Positions 1 to 11,330 of a stretch of 64,000 nt of DNA are shown here, one piece after another. The translations under genes were made by a program, and so were the position numbers. A model generated the notes under the pieces. It was not told the DNA's origin and did not search any database. It worked only from the letters and a program-made list of their open reading frames with translations. Source of the stretch: Obrimoposthia wandeli (Eukaryota); NCBI GenBank assembly GCA_977020255.1, contig CDROCS010000275.1, positions 248,001 through 312,000 of the forward strand, read 5' to 3'. Within the stretch, counting starts at the first letter, position 1. Each line of letters starts with the position of its first letter.

Positions 1-2
1 TG

Positions 3-881
3 ATCAATGTTACAATGAATCACAAATCGCAATATCAGACGATCTGAGCTATGACATTAAGAGTAAAAGACTCAATGGAGGCTAATCTTCTGGAATGGTT
101 CATAGAAACAAACCAGATAATTCACAGAGAACTCCAAAACCAAGGGAAAATATTGGTACATTGTCAGAAAGGAATCTCTAGATCAGCAACCTTAGTATTA
201 GCGTATCTAATAAAGACTAGACGAATGCAGGTTCTAGAAGCACTGAAATATCTACAAGAAAGACGAAGTATCGCGAACCCAAATCTTAACTTTTTGGGAC
301 AATTGTCAAATTATCAACTCTTGTTGCAAGAACAGAGACGGATGGACGACATCCCCGAGGATCCAAAGGAAAATAATTTCCTCCAATCACTATCGTTGAC
401 CAGATTATTCTTAGCCGGAGTTGACAAAATTACTCAGATAATGCCGAAAGTATTTTTATGTTATCCAGGAGATATAGATACTGCTGGATTAAAGTTCCAC
501 AGTATCAACCGAGTAATCAACATTGTTGAAGTCGAAAACGAAATAATCAGTCTGTGTCAAAATACCGAAGATGACACAACTCGATACATACATGCTTCCA
601 ATCGGGAGATAAACGATGCACAACAACATCTGATGAAATTGACTCAAACAATTCAAGCCGAAGTCACAGAAGGAAACGGCGTTCTGATATATCAGAAAAG
701 AGGTACAATGTTAGCGCCTACCATAGGTGTATCCTTGTTGGTAGAGTACCATGGTCATACACCAGAGGAAGCGATGGTTTATATAAAACAGAATAAACCA
801 GATACGGAATTCAAACCGTTACTCGTTCGAGAAATAGAGAAATACTCCGAAAAGATGAAAGCAACAACGAGAAACAAATGA
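3..881 (+). pseudogene. Dual-specificity phosphatase with a second, degenerate DSP-like domain; 5' end outside window, in-frame TGA at 45-47
   Basis: Active-site motif ILVHCQKGISRSATLVLAYL and ANPNLNFLGQL. The second half (KITQIMPKVFL...VLIYQKRGTMLAPT) repeats the fold without the catalytic Cys. The same frame reads INVTMNHKSQYQTI* upstream of the ATG at 51. Confidence 0.8.
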
Positions 882-894
882 AGCTACAACAACA

Positions 895-1305
895 GTGCCC
901 AGCTATCAATACCAAAGATTGCTAGCACTAGGCTTGTTAAGTTGTCTAATGCCGATAACGGGAGCACAGGAGATAGGCTCCAACCACGGAAATAGTTCCT
1001 GGTTCAAAGAAATCAACAACTACATCATACAGTACAATACACCGACACTGATGATGCTATTAGTGTTGATAGGAATAATTGATGTTTGGCTTATCCGAAA
1101 ATGTTTCCGATCTATGAGAACCGATGGAAAAAGATTCCAGTTTGTAAAAATGAAAAGACCAAACGGACCAACAAACCAAGTACTTATGTATCTAGACGAA
1201 AGGATTGAGGATAACATAGTGGATGAAGCGATATATTATCCACAAAACAGACTACTGAATAAATTCCGAATGGATTATGAAGCTGACCGAAAAACGCACA
1301 CTTGA
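895..1305 (+). CDS. Small type-I membrane protein of unknown function
   Basis: Hydrophobic N-terminus LLALGLLSCLMPITGA, TM segment LMMLLVLIGIIDVWLI followed by basic RK; tightly packed between neighbours; start codon uncertain. Confidence 0.5.
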   Translation: MPSYQYQRLLALGLLSCLMPITGAQEIGSNHGNSSWFKEINNYIIQYNTPTLMMLLVLIGIIDVWLIRKCFRSMRTDGKRFQFVKMKRPNGPTNQVLMYLDERIEDNIVDEAIYYPQNRLLNKFRMDYEADRKTHT

Positions 1306-2305
1306 CAGAATATCGGCAACATTCGCCGGATGCAAGCGAAGAAAACGAATTGTAAAGGAAATACAAAAAGATGCAGATACAAAAGGTGCGACGTACATAT
1401 TCGACGGCGATGTCATCAAAACACGTGAGTATGGAAGTAAGAGAGTGATAATCGAAACGATGGAAGGACATAAAACATGCTTGTCCGCCAAAAATGGATT
1501 CGGAAAGTTGATGATACAAGGCAAACAGGTACAGTTGATTATCGGAAAAACTGGAATCGAAGAAATGTCAAAACAACGACAGACAACCAAAACAAAACGA
1601 CCTAACCAGAAACAGATGTCTCTCAAACGAATAATAATCAAAACCCTTTGCAAAAGGACAATCAAGGCCCTGTGCACTGTTGCACAAGGATTGATCTACG
1701 GAGTAGTAATTGGATTGGTACTACAAGCCATTCCAACCAGTAAAGCCGAATTGATGACGCTACAGGGATATAATTTACATTTGAGAAATCTAGACAACAC
1801 CCTAGAAATAATCAAGACGTCTTATAGTAAAGCCGTGATGATCATGTGTGTGAAAGGATGTCCAGGACGAATATGTGTAATCCCAGCGACCGAAATGATA
1901 ACACTAAATAGTCATTATGGAGTTAGTGTTGTCACATGTGAAGGATACACTTTTGGACAAACTAAAATAGTACTTCTCAGTGACATGTCTAGCCAAAGTA
2001 CACATAAATTTAAAATATTAACCATCAAGAGTAAAGGGATACCAGCAATACGTTATGGTATTCTAGAATTGGTTAATCCAATACTGGCATTGACAATCGG
2101 AGTCATAATAATAATATTGCTCATTTTGTTTTGTTGTACAAAGATAGAGTTGAGATCAAAAAAGAAACGTCACGATCTCGCAAGACAAGCAGGTCAAATG
2201 AATTTACAAAAATTTAACACAACTATACCAAGACCAGCATTCCTAAATGAACCAGCACCGGAGTATCAGCCAACGATATATGAACATATTGAGGAAAGAC
2301 CATGA
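1277..2305 (+). CDS. Membrane (glyco)protein of unknown function, two hydrophobic segments
   Basis: 342-aa ORF with an internal signal-like segment LIYGVVIGLVLQAI, a Cys-containing ectodomain, TM ILALTIGVIIIILLILFCC and tail EPAPEYQPTIYEHI. Confidence 0.6.
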   Translation: MKLTEKRTLDRISATFAGCKRRKRIVKEIQKDADTKGATYIFDGDVIKTREYGSKRVIIETMEGHKTCLSAKNGFGKLMIQGKQVQLIIGKTGIEEMSKQRQTTKTKRPNQKQMSLKRIIIKTLCKRTIKALCTVAQGLIYGVVIGLVLQAIPTSKAELMTLQGYNLHLRNLDNTLEIIKTSYSKAVMIMCVKGCPGRICVIPATEMITLNSHYGVSVVTCEGYTFGQTKIVLLSDMSSQSTHKFKILTIKSKGIPAIRYGILELVNPILALTIGVIIIILLILFCCTKIELRSKKKRHDLARQAGQMNLQKFNTTIPRPAFLNEPAPEYQPTIYEHIEERP

Positions 2306-3243
2306 ATAACTTGAGTTACCCCAGAGAAGTTCCTGAAATTCGGAACCGGACGATCATAGGAATCATGCTGATCATACAAATCACTACGACCGAGGCTGGT
2401 TATGAGATCATGATCAGTAAATGGAGACAAGATACGATACGTGTGTTATACATAGAAATCCCTCTACTAAAAACAAATTACGTAGTAGACATTCATCTAC
2501 AAACATCAGCAACCGAAAATGTCGATCAGAAATTGTATGTCATTCGCCAGATCAAAATAAAGATTGACCAACATAAACTTTACTACCGACTGATATTATT
2601 CTACCATGAAAAGGTATTATACCTACGAATAACAATATCAAAAAGGAAACGGATTATTCAAATTATCCGAACAAAGTCATTAATATTGCCTAACGACGAG
2701 CGCATCTGGAAAGTTGTCGACAGGATTATGATCACAGGAAGACGACGTAAAACCGTATGGAATTCCGTTAGAATATTCTTCAGATTGTTAGAAACTGACC
2801 AGGTAACAGTGGCGTGTCCCAATCCAGATGGTGGAATCAGATTCGAAATTCAAAACCAAATGTTAGTACCACATTTTGATACGGAATGTCTATGTAACCG
2901 AATTTCCGGCAATGCTAAAGAGACCACTACCATAATCATGGTAATAACAGGTGAAATATTCTATATAACTCTAAGATACCAGATACGTCGATTTCGTGGA
3001 CTCGGTATAAGTATCAAACCCAGGAAAATCATTCCCGGAAAACCAATCATAGTCATAAAAAAGGAAAAGGTGAAAGGAAGTAAACGCCATTCCAAAAAAC
3101 CAATCATAGTCAAAAAGAAGGCAAAGGTAAACGGAAGACAACGCCATTCCGAGAAGCCAAAAGTAGTCATAACAAAGGCAGAAGTGAAAGGAAAAGAGCT
3201 CGATCCCAGAAACAAAGTACAATTATTGAGAGGACAAGAGTGA
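2302..3243 (+). CDS. Unknown protein with N-terminal hydrophobic segment and basic C-terminal repeats
   Basis: 313-aa ORF; ATGA overlap with previous stop (2302-2305); three ~19-aa Lys-rich repeats. Confidence 0.55.
   Translation: MNNLSYPREVPEIRNRTIIGIMLIIQITTTEAGYEIMISKWRQDTIRVLYIEIPLLKTNYVVDIHLQTSATENVDQKLYVIRQIKIKIDQHKLYYRLILFYHEKVLYLRITISKRKRIIQIIRTKSLILPNDERIWKVVDRIMITGRRRKTVWNSVRIFFRLLETDQVTVACPNPDGGIRFEIQNQMLVPHFDTECLCNRISGNAKETTTIIMVITGEIFYITLRYQIRRFRGLGISIKPRKIIPGKPIIVIKKEKVKGSKRHSKKPIIVKKKAKVNGRQRHSEKPKVVITKAEVKGKELDPRNKVQLLRGQE
3040..3195 (+). repeat. 57-nt coding tandem repeat, about 3 copies (KPIIVxKKxKVxGxxRHS)
   Basis: aaaccaatcatagtca...cgccattcc repeated with a 57-nt period. 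Confidence 0.8.
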
Positions 3244-3638
3244 AGGGAACGATTCCACTAGATCCCAAATATCATCTCCAATCCCAAATAATAATACCTG
3301 TTAGACCAAAAACAAAATATCCAAATCCGCGAGTTATTAGAAAGTCGGACATAATACACGGAAACCGATCAACATCAATGGAGACGCCATTCAAACCGAC
3401 AAACAACAAAATGAAATACGATTACCAATCCTCAGACAGTGGAATAACAGCAGTCAATGCTTTAATTGGAATGGCAGTAGTGTCAACAGCGATAGTTCTA
3501 TTGACAGTCGTGTGCGTGAAAGGCAGTCAGATATGCCCAAGAATACGACGGAAATGCAAAAAACTGCGATGCTGTAACACACCCACAATGGAGGAAGTGG
3601 AATTGCGGCCCTTACCTCCGCCTCCCATCAAGACATGA
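3240..3638 (+). CDS. Small membrane protein with Cys/Pro-rich tail
   Basis: GTGA overlap with the previous stop; TM AVNALIGMAVVSTAIVLLTVVCV; tail CCNTPTMEEVELRPLPPPP. Confidence 0.55.
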   Translation: MKGTIPLDPKYHLQSQIIIPVRPKTKYPNPRVIRKSDIIHGNRSTSMETPFKPTNNKMKYDYQSSDSGITAVNALIGMAVVSTAIVLLTVVCVKGSQICPRIRRKCKKLRCCNTPTMEEVELRPLPPPPIKT

Positions 3639-3645
3639 TAAGTCT

Positions 3646-3660
3646 GAGGAGGTTGTAGAT
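3646..3660 (+). other. Candidate polypurine tract plus TG start of a 3' LTR
   Basis: gaggagg (3646-3652) just after the last membrane ORF, followed by TGTAGA at 3654; short, and no partner LTR in the window. Confidence 0.3.
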
Positions 3661-3752
3661 AAATTAGAGTGTGAAACATGTAGAAGCGATTGTACAAATA
3701 AGTAGAAATATGTAAAACTCATGTAGAAATTAATCATCATCATGTATTTAGA

Positions 3753-3902
3753 ATGTTCGAAGAATGCCTAATATGTTTGGAAGATCTAACCGAACGAAGA
3801 ACAAGACCCGAAACCTGCAACCATTTACATCACGAGGAATGTTTATCAACATGGATCAGAACTTTAAAAATGTTGACACCAAGTCGCACATTCTTCCACT
3901 GA
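3753..3902 (+). CDS. RING-H2-like micro-ORF (49 aa), lacking the final CxxC; not in the ORF track
   Basis: My translation: MFEECLICLEDLTERRTRPETCNHLHHEECLSTWIRTLKMLTPSRTFFH*, i.e. C-x2-C...C-x-H-x2-H-x2-C-x3-W. Confidence 0.7.
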   Translation: MFEECLICLEDLTERRTRPETCNHLHHEECLSTWIRTLKMLTPSRTFFH

Positions 3903-4569
3903 ATTATTGCGGCTCGTAATCTATCCCGAAAATCATTCTAAGAAATGCACTTATTATTATCAATAACTTATTTTCATGAAATACTTTTCTTCCATGTCAT
4001 CTAACTGTTATATCTTAACGATATTGGAAATAAAATCCATGACAAATAAACACTTCAATTTAGTGACACAACAGAACTGCAACATAAATTTTTTTAAAAA
4101 CTTACTAATTCTGCATAATAATGGTTTTCAGATTAATCAACTTAATATTTATGATAAATACAACAATTTGATGTTCGATCTTTTAAAAATGAAATAAATT
4201 GTAATTTATTTTATGACATCAAAAAGATTTTGATTCATAAAAAGAATGTAGATGTTAAAAAGGTTTTTAGTTTTTTTATTAATTTGAAAGCATTGATAAA
4301 ATATAATTTCAAAGTTTTACATGCAATATTTCATCATTTCGTCCTAATTTCGGTGTTGTAAATTTATTTTGTGAGTTCAGTTTCTCTATTTTTACCCAGT
4401 ATCAAACTTCTAAGGAGAAGGGATTAGTGTCATAACCGTCAAGGATTTTAGAAAGTGATAAGAAACCCACAGATAAATGAGAAAAACAGGGATTAGAAGG
4501 ATTATCAGCTTAATTACCGAAAAAAACGACAACCACATCAAAGATTTCGTTTTTATTCAAACTTTAAGC

Positions 4570-4909
4570 CAGGGGCGTGCAACATTTTTAGTCGGCGGGC
4601 CATATAACATCACTTCAGATATTAAGTGGGCCACACTGAAAATTTAGAATTCATATGCATAATAAATTCAAAAATTTTACAATATATTTGCATTCAGAAA
4701 AATATTTATTTAACCTATGGAATAAATCTTGGCAAATCGTTTTAATGAGACACTTGGAATTTAGAGTTTAAAACTGTAAAATTTACCTTACTGTGTCGAA
4801 ACAGATTCAAATCCTGCGGAAGGTAAAAAATAAATTTTGTTAGCGAGGTCTGCACTAACTTGCATAGAGGGCCGCATGTGGCCCGCGGGCCGCTTGTTGC
4901 ACACCCCTG
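4570..4909. mobile_element. hAT-type MITE
   Basis: TIRs CAGGGGCGTGCAAC / GTTGCACACCCCTG; exact 8-bp TSD CTTTAAGC at 4562-4569 and 4910-4917. Confidence 0.9.
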
Positions 4910-7063
4910 CTTTAAGCTGTAAATTAAATGTACAACTTCATGGAGCGTTAACCAAGTCATTTCCAAATGTGAACTAAACATTTATTTTCTATTAACATTT
5001 TGAGAATCTTTTAGATTTAACCCAGCATATCTGCATAATTAAAAAAAATATTTCGCTAAAACTTAAGTAAAAATATTTGTGGATATTTGATTTATATAAT
5101 TAATATGTAATTTATAACTTGTTTTTTAGAAAGATTACTCAGTAATATGGACATAAAAGGGTATTATTCATTTAAATATATCCAACATTTGAATAGGCCA
5201 CAAGATTTTAAATAATTTTTAAGTAAATTACTCTAATATATACCTGCTTTATTATATGTACCATATTTATCCGGGTATAAGCCCCTACTTCTTTTCAAAC
5301 CCGTACAGGTTTCGTCACAAATCATGCACAAGCCTTCATTTTAAGCAAAATTTTATTTCTAAGTTTGTTTGATTATATCATATTATTTCAAAAGAAATTC
5401 AAAATTATATCTTCACAGTTCACGATATTATTTTCAAGTTTCCGACTATTGAAAAAGCCAAAGAAATTGATGAAAATACACATCTAGGGAATAAGTTGTA
5501 GCACCGAAACCAGTTCGATAATGGCTAATGGCTAAAATAACGTTAAGAAACATGTTGGAGACAATTTCTATGCAAGCTACACATGACCCAAGATGGAAGT
5601 CAAATTATTTATTGGCCAACTGTGCATTACGATTATTTTTCTTATATTTATAATTATTTGATGATGATAAATTACTACAGAACATTTGTTTATGTTCGCA
5701 TTTTTGAGTTTTTTTCAGTTAATTCTAATTTACTCTGTTCATACGCTTTTTCGAAATAAACAAATTTTATTTTGACTATGCTTATTAGAAATCAGAAAAA
5801 GTAAAACTGTTAAATTAGTCAGATATAAGAATAAAAAAACAAGAGTATAGAAATTCAGTAATGTGCTTCAGTCGTCGCCATTGTCATTGATTATTTGCCG
5901 ATATATATCAAGATCTATATTGAATTTATTTATTTATTTAAACTTTAGACTAAAGACGTTTGCAGAGAAAACTTGAGTCAGGCTAAAAATATTATTTTGT
6001 AACATTATTAAGTTATACAAATTTATTTTTAACTAAAATAATCGAAATTATAAATTATAAATCCTTACTTTAAAATAATGATTTTATATTATTCAACTTA
6101 GTTAAACATTCATGGCAAATATTTACAACTGTTGACAAGGTTCTATAAATAGAATATAAGCTCAGAAGAAGTGGTGAATAAAAACGGATACATTCTGGTA
6201 GAAGACAAAACATGATTTATTGTTCAACAGAAATTGATAAAAACAAAATGTCAAGAAATTCCCAGTTTCAATACTTGTAATTTGAGTGGTGTTTCAACAT
6301 GAGTTGAACTCAAATTCCCCAATTTCTCGAGAGGAGGAAGTCTATTTATGTGGGAATGAACTAATTTAATTTTGGGTTGTTTATCTAGATGAAATCCAAT
6401 GTTTGTTCATGTTGCTCTGATTGAAAATTTCTATTTATTAGAAGGATTAATTTAAACTTTGCTGTTTGAGTTATTAAGTTTTAATTACTGTTTTGTTATT
6501 TGTATTAAAACATTGTGATTCAAAATAATCGTTACAACTTCAATTCCTAGTTATTTACGAAGTACACTCTGTGAGCATTCAAAAAATAACTTATTTAGTA
6601 TGTTTAATGTTTAAAGCTTTAGTTTCCAATTTTAAATGAAATATGTTAAAAAGTTTTTGTAGCCAAAGCTCCATTGTCATTTGGTAATCAGCCATTTTCT
6701 TGCTGATCAACACCAATAATATGCATTATGAAATTATGTAAGTGTGTTCTAAAAAATTCATTTTTTTTAAATCATTTAATTTATTGTTGATTCTGAATGA
6801 TACCAACCAACCATTCTTTTACGTACATTAACTTTCTAAGACATATCAAACATTCCCTCGAGTTAATCATATCTTCCTCGAATCGTAATAAAATATCTTT
6901 GTTATTTTCAGTACATCTTTATGCACACTCTTTCACAGCATATACCTTTACTTAAATGGCTGTAATGATTAATAACACTAAATTAACAATTGCAAAAACA
7001 ATAAGTTTAGAAATGTATGCTTCTTTTTTCATGACTTCATTACTATTTTCTATTTCAAAATAC

Positions 7064-8703
7064 TGTTGAGGTCCAGAATCGGACAAATTTAATAAAATAA
7101 TTGGCTATATTTATAGTCCTGGCCAAAGACAATTAATAACCCTGAAGATTAAATTAAATTAAAATACTAAAAAGAGAACAATTTAAGGAAATTGGAAATT
7201 CCAAGAAATGGGAAATTAATTGATCTCATGTGACCGCTGATTCAACAGCATAAATAGAGTCACTTGAGACACCACAACTAGACAGTAAGTAAGCAATCAA
7301 GTCAGTCGGTAAATAGCAAGCAGTCGAGAAATTGGACTAGAAGAATCCCGGCGAATCGTGATCGCAGAAATTTGGGAAATCCCAGAAGAAGCCACTATCA
7401 TTGGTGGATTCAGATATATAAAGAAGACGACAACGAGAATACAATCATAACAATTTTCCGACAGAATTCAAAGGAATCCAGCCCGACCGAGTTTTTCCGC
7501 GAGAGGAAACTTTAATTTTGACAAAGATATTCAATAGCAGATACCAACTTTTCCCACGAGAGGAAAATTGGAAGGAGCAAAAAACAATCAACAAGAAGAA
7601 GACGAATTCGCAACAGGAGCCTGCTTCGAGAATTTACGGAGAGTGAATTTCAAATTAAATTTAAAATCCTAAAATCAATTTTATTTGTTAGATGTCCTGA
7701 ACCCGAACTATTTTGTTTGTAAAATTAAAATCAGGGGAAAATATATTAAACACGAACCAGGCCGAAGCCTTTTATAGTATCAATTTTACCCACTTTAAAA
7801 TTAGCCTGAATACGGCACATTTGTTAGGATCAGGATTTGATAAATATTAAATAATTGATCAAATTTATATCAAAATAAAAGCCTTGAAAACAAGGTTATA
7901 AATTAAATAAAAATTGTATTATTAAATAAATTAATAAAATTAAGACGGGAATTAAAAATTAAGGACCACGAAGGTCATGTGTAAGCGTGTGTTGTATTTA
8001 AGGGAATTTAAACTTAACCAAAAGGCCCCAAAAAGAGAAAAGAATAATCCGAAAAGAATATTAGAAGCAAGAAGATAATTAAGAAAAGGCAATTACGAAG
8101 AAAGTAGCCATACAGAGGTAAAAGCACTTAACTCAGTGCTAGTAATTATTTCCGATTCAGAAATTTACATCGCAATATCGACAAATCCATTAGCCGACTC
8201 CGCGATCTCAGATAGGAGTCCAATACAGCCGGATTCCAGACAAGAAGAAATTAGCTGCCCATCGCTATTCCGCAGTGAGAAAGAACAGCCAGCCTCCAAC
8301 CGAATTACGGTAGGAGCACTTAGGATAAGTGCAAATTATTTATATTTCTATTAGATCGCAGAAAGGAATCATCGTATAAAAGTAGATAAAACACAAGTGA
8401 CAAAACAGACGCATCCAGGTAGTAAATTGCAGATTCTAACGAAAAGTATAAGTCTCGTCGGAAAAATCCTAGCATCATTTTATTAAATACTTGTCACGTA
8501 TAAATTGAAGAAGAACAGCATTTCGGAATCGGGAACGCCGTTATTGCCAAGTCAACCTACGGAATCCAGAGCAACCCACCGAACTGAAATCTGTCGACAT
8601 CGGAAGGAATCTGCCTGACATTCGAGGAAACATATCGAGGACCCGAGCAGCAGCACACGAGGCCAGCGTACGTGAATTTGGAATCGGCAGCCTTCCCAAC
8701 TAT
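7064..8703 (+). mobile_element. LTR-like segment of a truncated retroelement
   Basis: Starts TGTTG at a composition shift; TATA-like gatatataaag near 7411; ends just before TGGTGAGGCAG (8704, PBS-like) and tandem-repeat arrays. No coding region or second LTR seen. Confidence 0.35.
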
Positions 8704-8769
8704 TGGTGAGGCAGAAATATAGAGGCGTCTATTAGTAACCGGCGAATCTGAAAATATATTCTAAAAAGA

Positions 8770-9362
8770 TAAAGATATTTTGGTAAAGTAATCAGTCTTT
8801 GCGTATAAAGATAAAGGAATTTGATATTTTGATAAAGAAATCAGTTTTGCGTATAAAGAAAATGGAATTTGATATTTTGATAAAATAATCAGTTTTGCGT
8901 ATAAAGATAAAGGAATTTGATATTTTGATAAAATAATCAGTTTTGCGTATAAAGATAAAGGAATTTGATATTTTGATAAAGTAATCAGTTTTTGCATATA
9001 AATATAAAAGAATTTGATATTTTGATAAAGTAATCAGTTTTTGCATATAAAGATAAAGAAATTTGATATTTTGATAAAGAAATCAGTTTTGCGTATAAAG
9101 AAAAATGAATTTGATATTTTGATAAAGTAATCAGTTTTGCGTATAAAGAAAAAGGAATTTGATATTTTGATAAAGTAATCAGTTTTGCGTATAAAGAAAA
9201 AGGAATTTGATATTTTGATAAAGTAATCAGTTTGGCGTATAAAGAAAAAGGAATTTGATATTTTGATAAGTAATCAGTTTTTGCGTATAAAGATAAAGGA
9301 ATTTGATATTTTGATAAAATAATCAGTTTTTGAGTATAAAGATAAAGGAATTTGATATTTTA
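8770..9362. repeat. 48-bp tandem repeat, about 12 copies
   Basis: Unit gcgtataaagataaaggaatttgatattttgataaagtaatcagtttt (47-49 bp). Confidence 0.95.
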
Positions 9363-9556
9363 CGAAAAAAGAATATTTGAATTAAACATTGAATTTGAAA
9401 TATACCCATATATTAATTGGATATTTTGCGTTGGGAGAATATTGAATTAGACATCGAATTTGAAATAAACCCATATATATTAATTTGATTTTGTGCGTAA
9501 AAAGAATATTTGATTTGGACATTTTTGAATTCGGAGTAAACCCATAATTGTCCATA

Positions 9557-9650
9557 TTTTAGAGCAACAGCTCTGTAAACTTATTCCCTAATTTAGAGCA
9601 ACAGCTCTGCAAACTTATTCCCTATTTTAGAGCAACAGCTCTGTAAAAAT
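9557..9650. repeat. 34-bp tandem repeat, about 3 copies, with internal inverted AGAGC-N4-GCTCT
   Basis: agagcaacagctct starts at 9561, 9595 and 9629. Confidence 0.9.
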
Positions 9651-10789
9651 CTATAAAGTAAAATTGTCCGCATTTTTTAGAGTACAGACTCTAGCGCCAA
9701 GCAAACCTAAACTAAAATCGATACGTGGTTCATTACCACTTGTGTAGAGACTTACGGAAGTCTTAGGAATTACTGTAACTTTTTAGAAATACGTACTTAA
9801 ACGTATTGCTTCGTGTTAGTCTAGTGTGTTAATAATAAACGATTTCCTACAACTAGAAAGCATTGTTCTAAACCCTTCAGATTAAGACAAAACAACAAAC
9901 CTTCAGATAAGAATAGAGACAGGCAACCATAGCATTAAGTAGGCCACAACCATCCTTAAGACCTGCTTCTATAGAACTCACGTTGGGGCCCTCCACAGTC
10001 AGAGGATCTATAAGTTTCATATAGAACACATTATTTTCCCAGACATTTCTGGATAACTTGGACAGAGAGCACGAGATTCTTTTTAGTATTCATATTATAA
10101 ACTGACTTTTTTAGTATTTATATTTGTAAGTTCGATTCGATTTGAATAAATTATTTGTTTAAATAAAATTGTATTTTTCGAAAGAGTTTGACCGTAGACG
10201 ATTAGAGAATAGCCCCACGTTTAACTGAAAGCATATAATTTAGAGAAGTCATATACTCACAGAATAAGCAAACATTAGGAATTAGAATTAAGGCAAATAA
10301 AAGCATACATCTTCAGATAATTTTTGAGACTAAAAGGGTAGGCCGTCCATACAAGACCTATCACTCTAAAGAACTCACGCACCAGAGGCTTCCATAAGAA
10401 GCATTTCAACTCTGGTCCCACACAATACAATGCTGTTAATCACCACTTGCAATCTAGTCATCAGTTTCAGAGGTCACCGTCCAGAGTTTTTCATTTGGTT
10501 GTTATTACTTCCAATATCTTTAAACATTTGTATAATTATAGATACTGTTCTGCGGCGGATGTTAGGTGTAGGATGTTTGTCATTTAACATTTGTGCGACC
10601 TTAAACAACAACAAAATCCATCAAAGCTAAATATTTGATTTTTTTTCCTGTTTTTGAAGAACAATCTGTTTTTACCCATAATTTATTCACAACAATAAAT
10701 AATAGGATTTGCTAATTCTTAAGTGATATCGGTTTAGATTTTAAAAAAAACATTTTAATATTTTTCAAACTTCACAAAACTATTAATAG

Positions 10790-11330
10790 ACTTCACTTGG
10801 ATTTCTTTGTTGGGCGAACATGTTGGGACATCTGCTGTGTGCGCATTATCTCTTTCTGAATAGCAAACTCTAAAGCATACTGAAATTGACTATTATGTCA
10901 TTTATGAAGATGTATATCGCTTCATTTATAATCGAATCAATGAAGAACACCTTCACTAAAATCTTTGTCATAATTCTCGGAGCGCAACTTAAACCAAAAT
11001 CTACTTGAATGAGAGCAAACATTTCCTCTTGAAATCTGTCTAATTATTATATCGATAGGGTTTGATTAACTTTAATTTGTAGTTAGGCTTTGGTTACATT
11101 GGGTAACATAACTCAATATTCTGGTACATCCTCATGGTTTCTTCATTCTTCTTCAATGTGATTCGAGACGCATCTGTCGAGCTCCCTAAATCGAGACTTG
11201 GTCTGACTTTGCAATTTATTTCAGATCCCAACAATGGGATTAACCCAGTGATGATATCCATCAGACTCTCCTAACTGATTGTTTGCAATCCAACTTCCGA
11301 GTTCCAATCATCCTCTAACTAATGCTTCAA
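10790..11330 (-). pseudogene. Degenerate Ty3/gypsy reverse transcriptase fragment
   Basis: Minus-strand peptides HHWVNPIVG...FRELDRCV and FGLSCAPRIMTKIL...IFINDIIV (decayed YxDD). Confidence 0.65.

Noticed and set aside
1020-3222. Antisense ORFs (1020-1217, 1184-1519, 1252-1677, 2961-3215, 2971-3222)
   Set aside because: Shadows of the plus-strand ORFs; no motifs.
8761-9046. Minus-strand ORFs with repeating peptides
   Set aside because: Artefacts of the 48-bp (in-frame) tandem array.
9557-9650. ttttagagc... repeat resembling a CRISPR repeat
   Set aside because: No unique spacers, only about 3 head-to-tail units, no cas genes, eukaryotic context.
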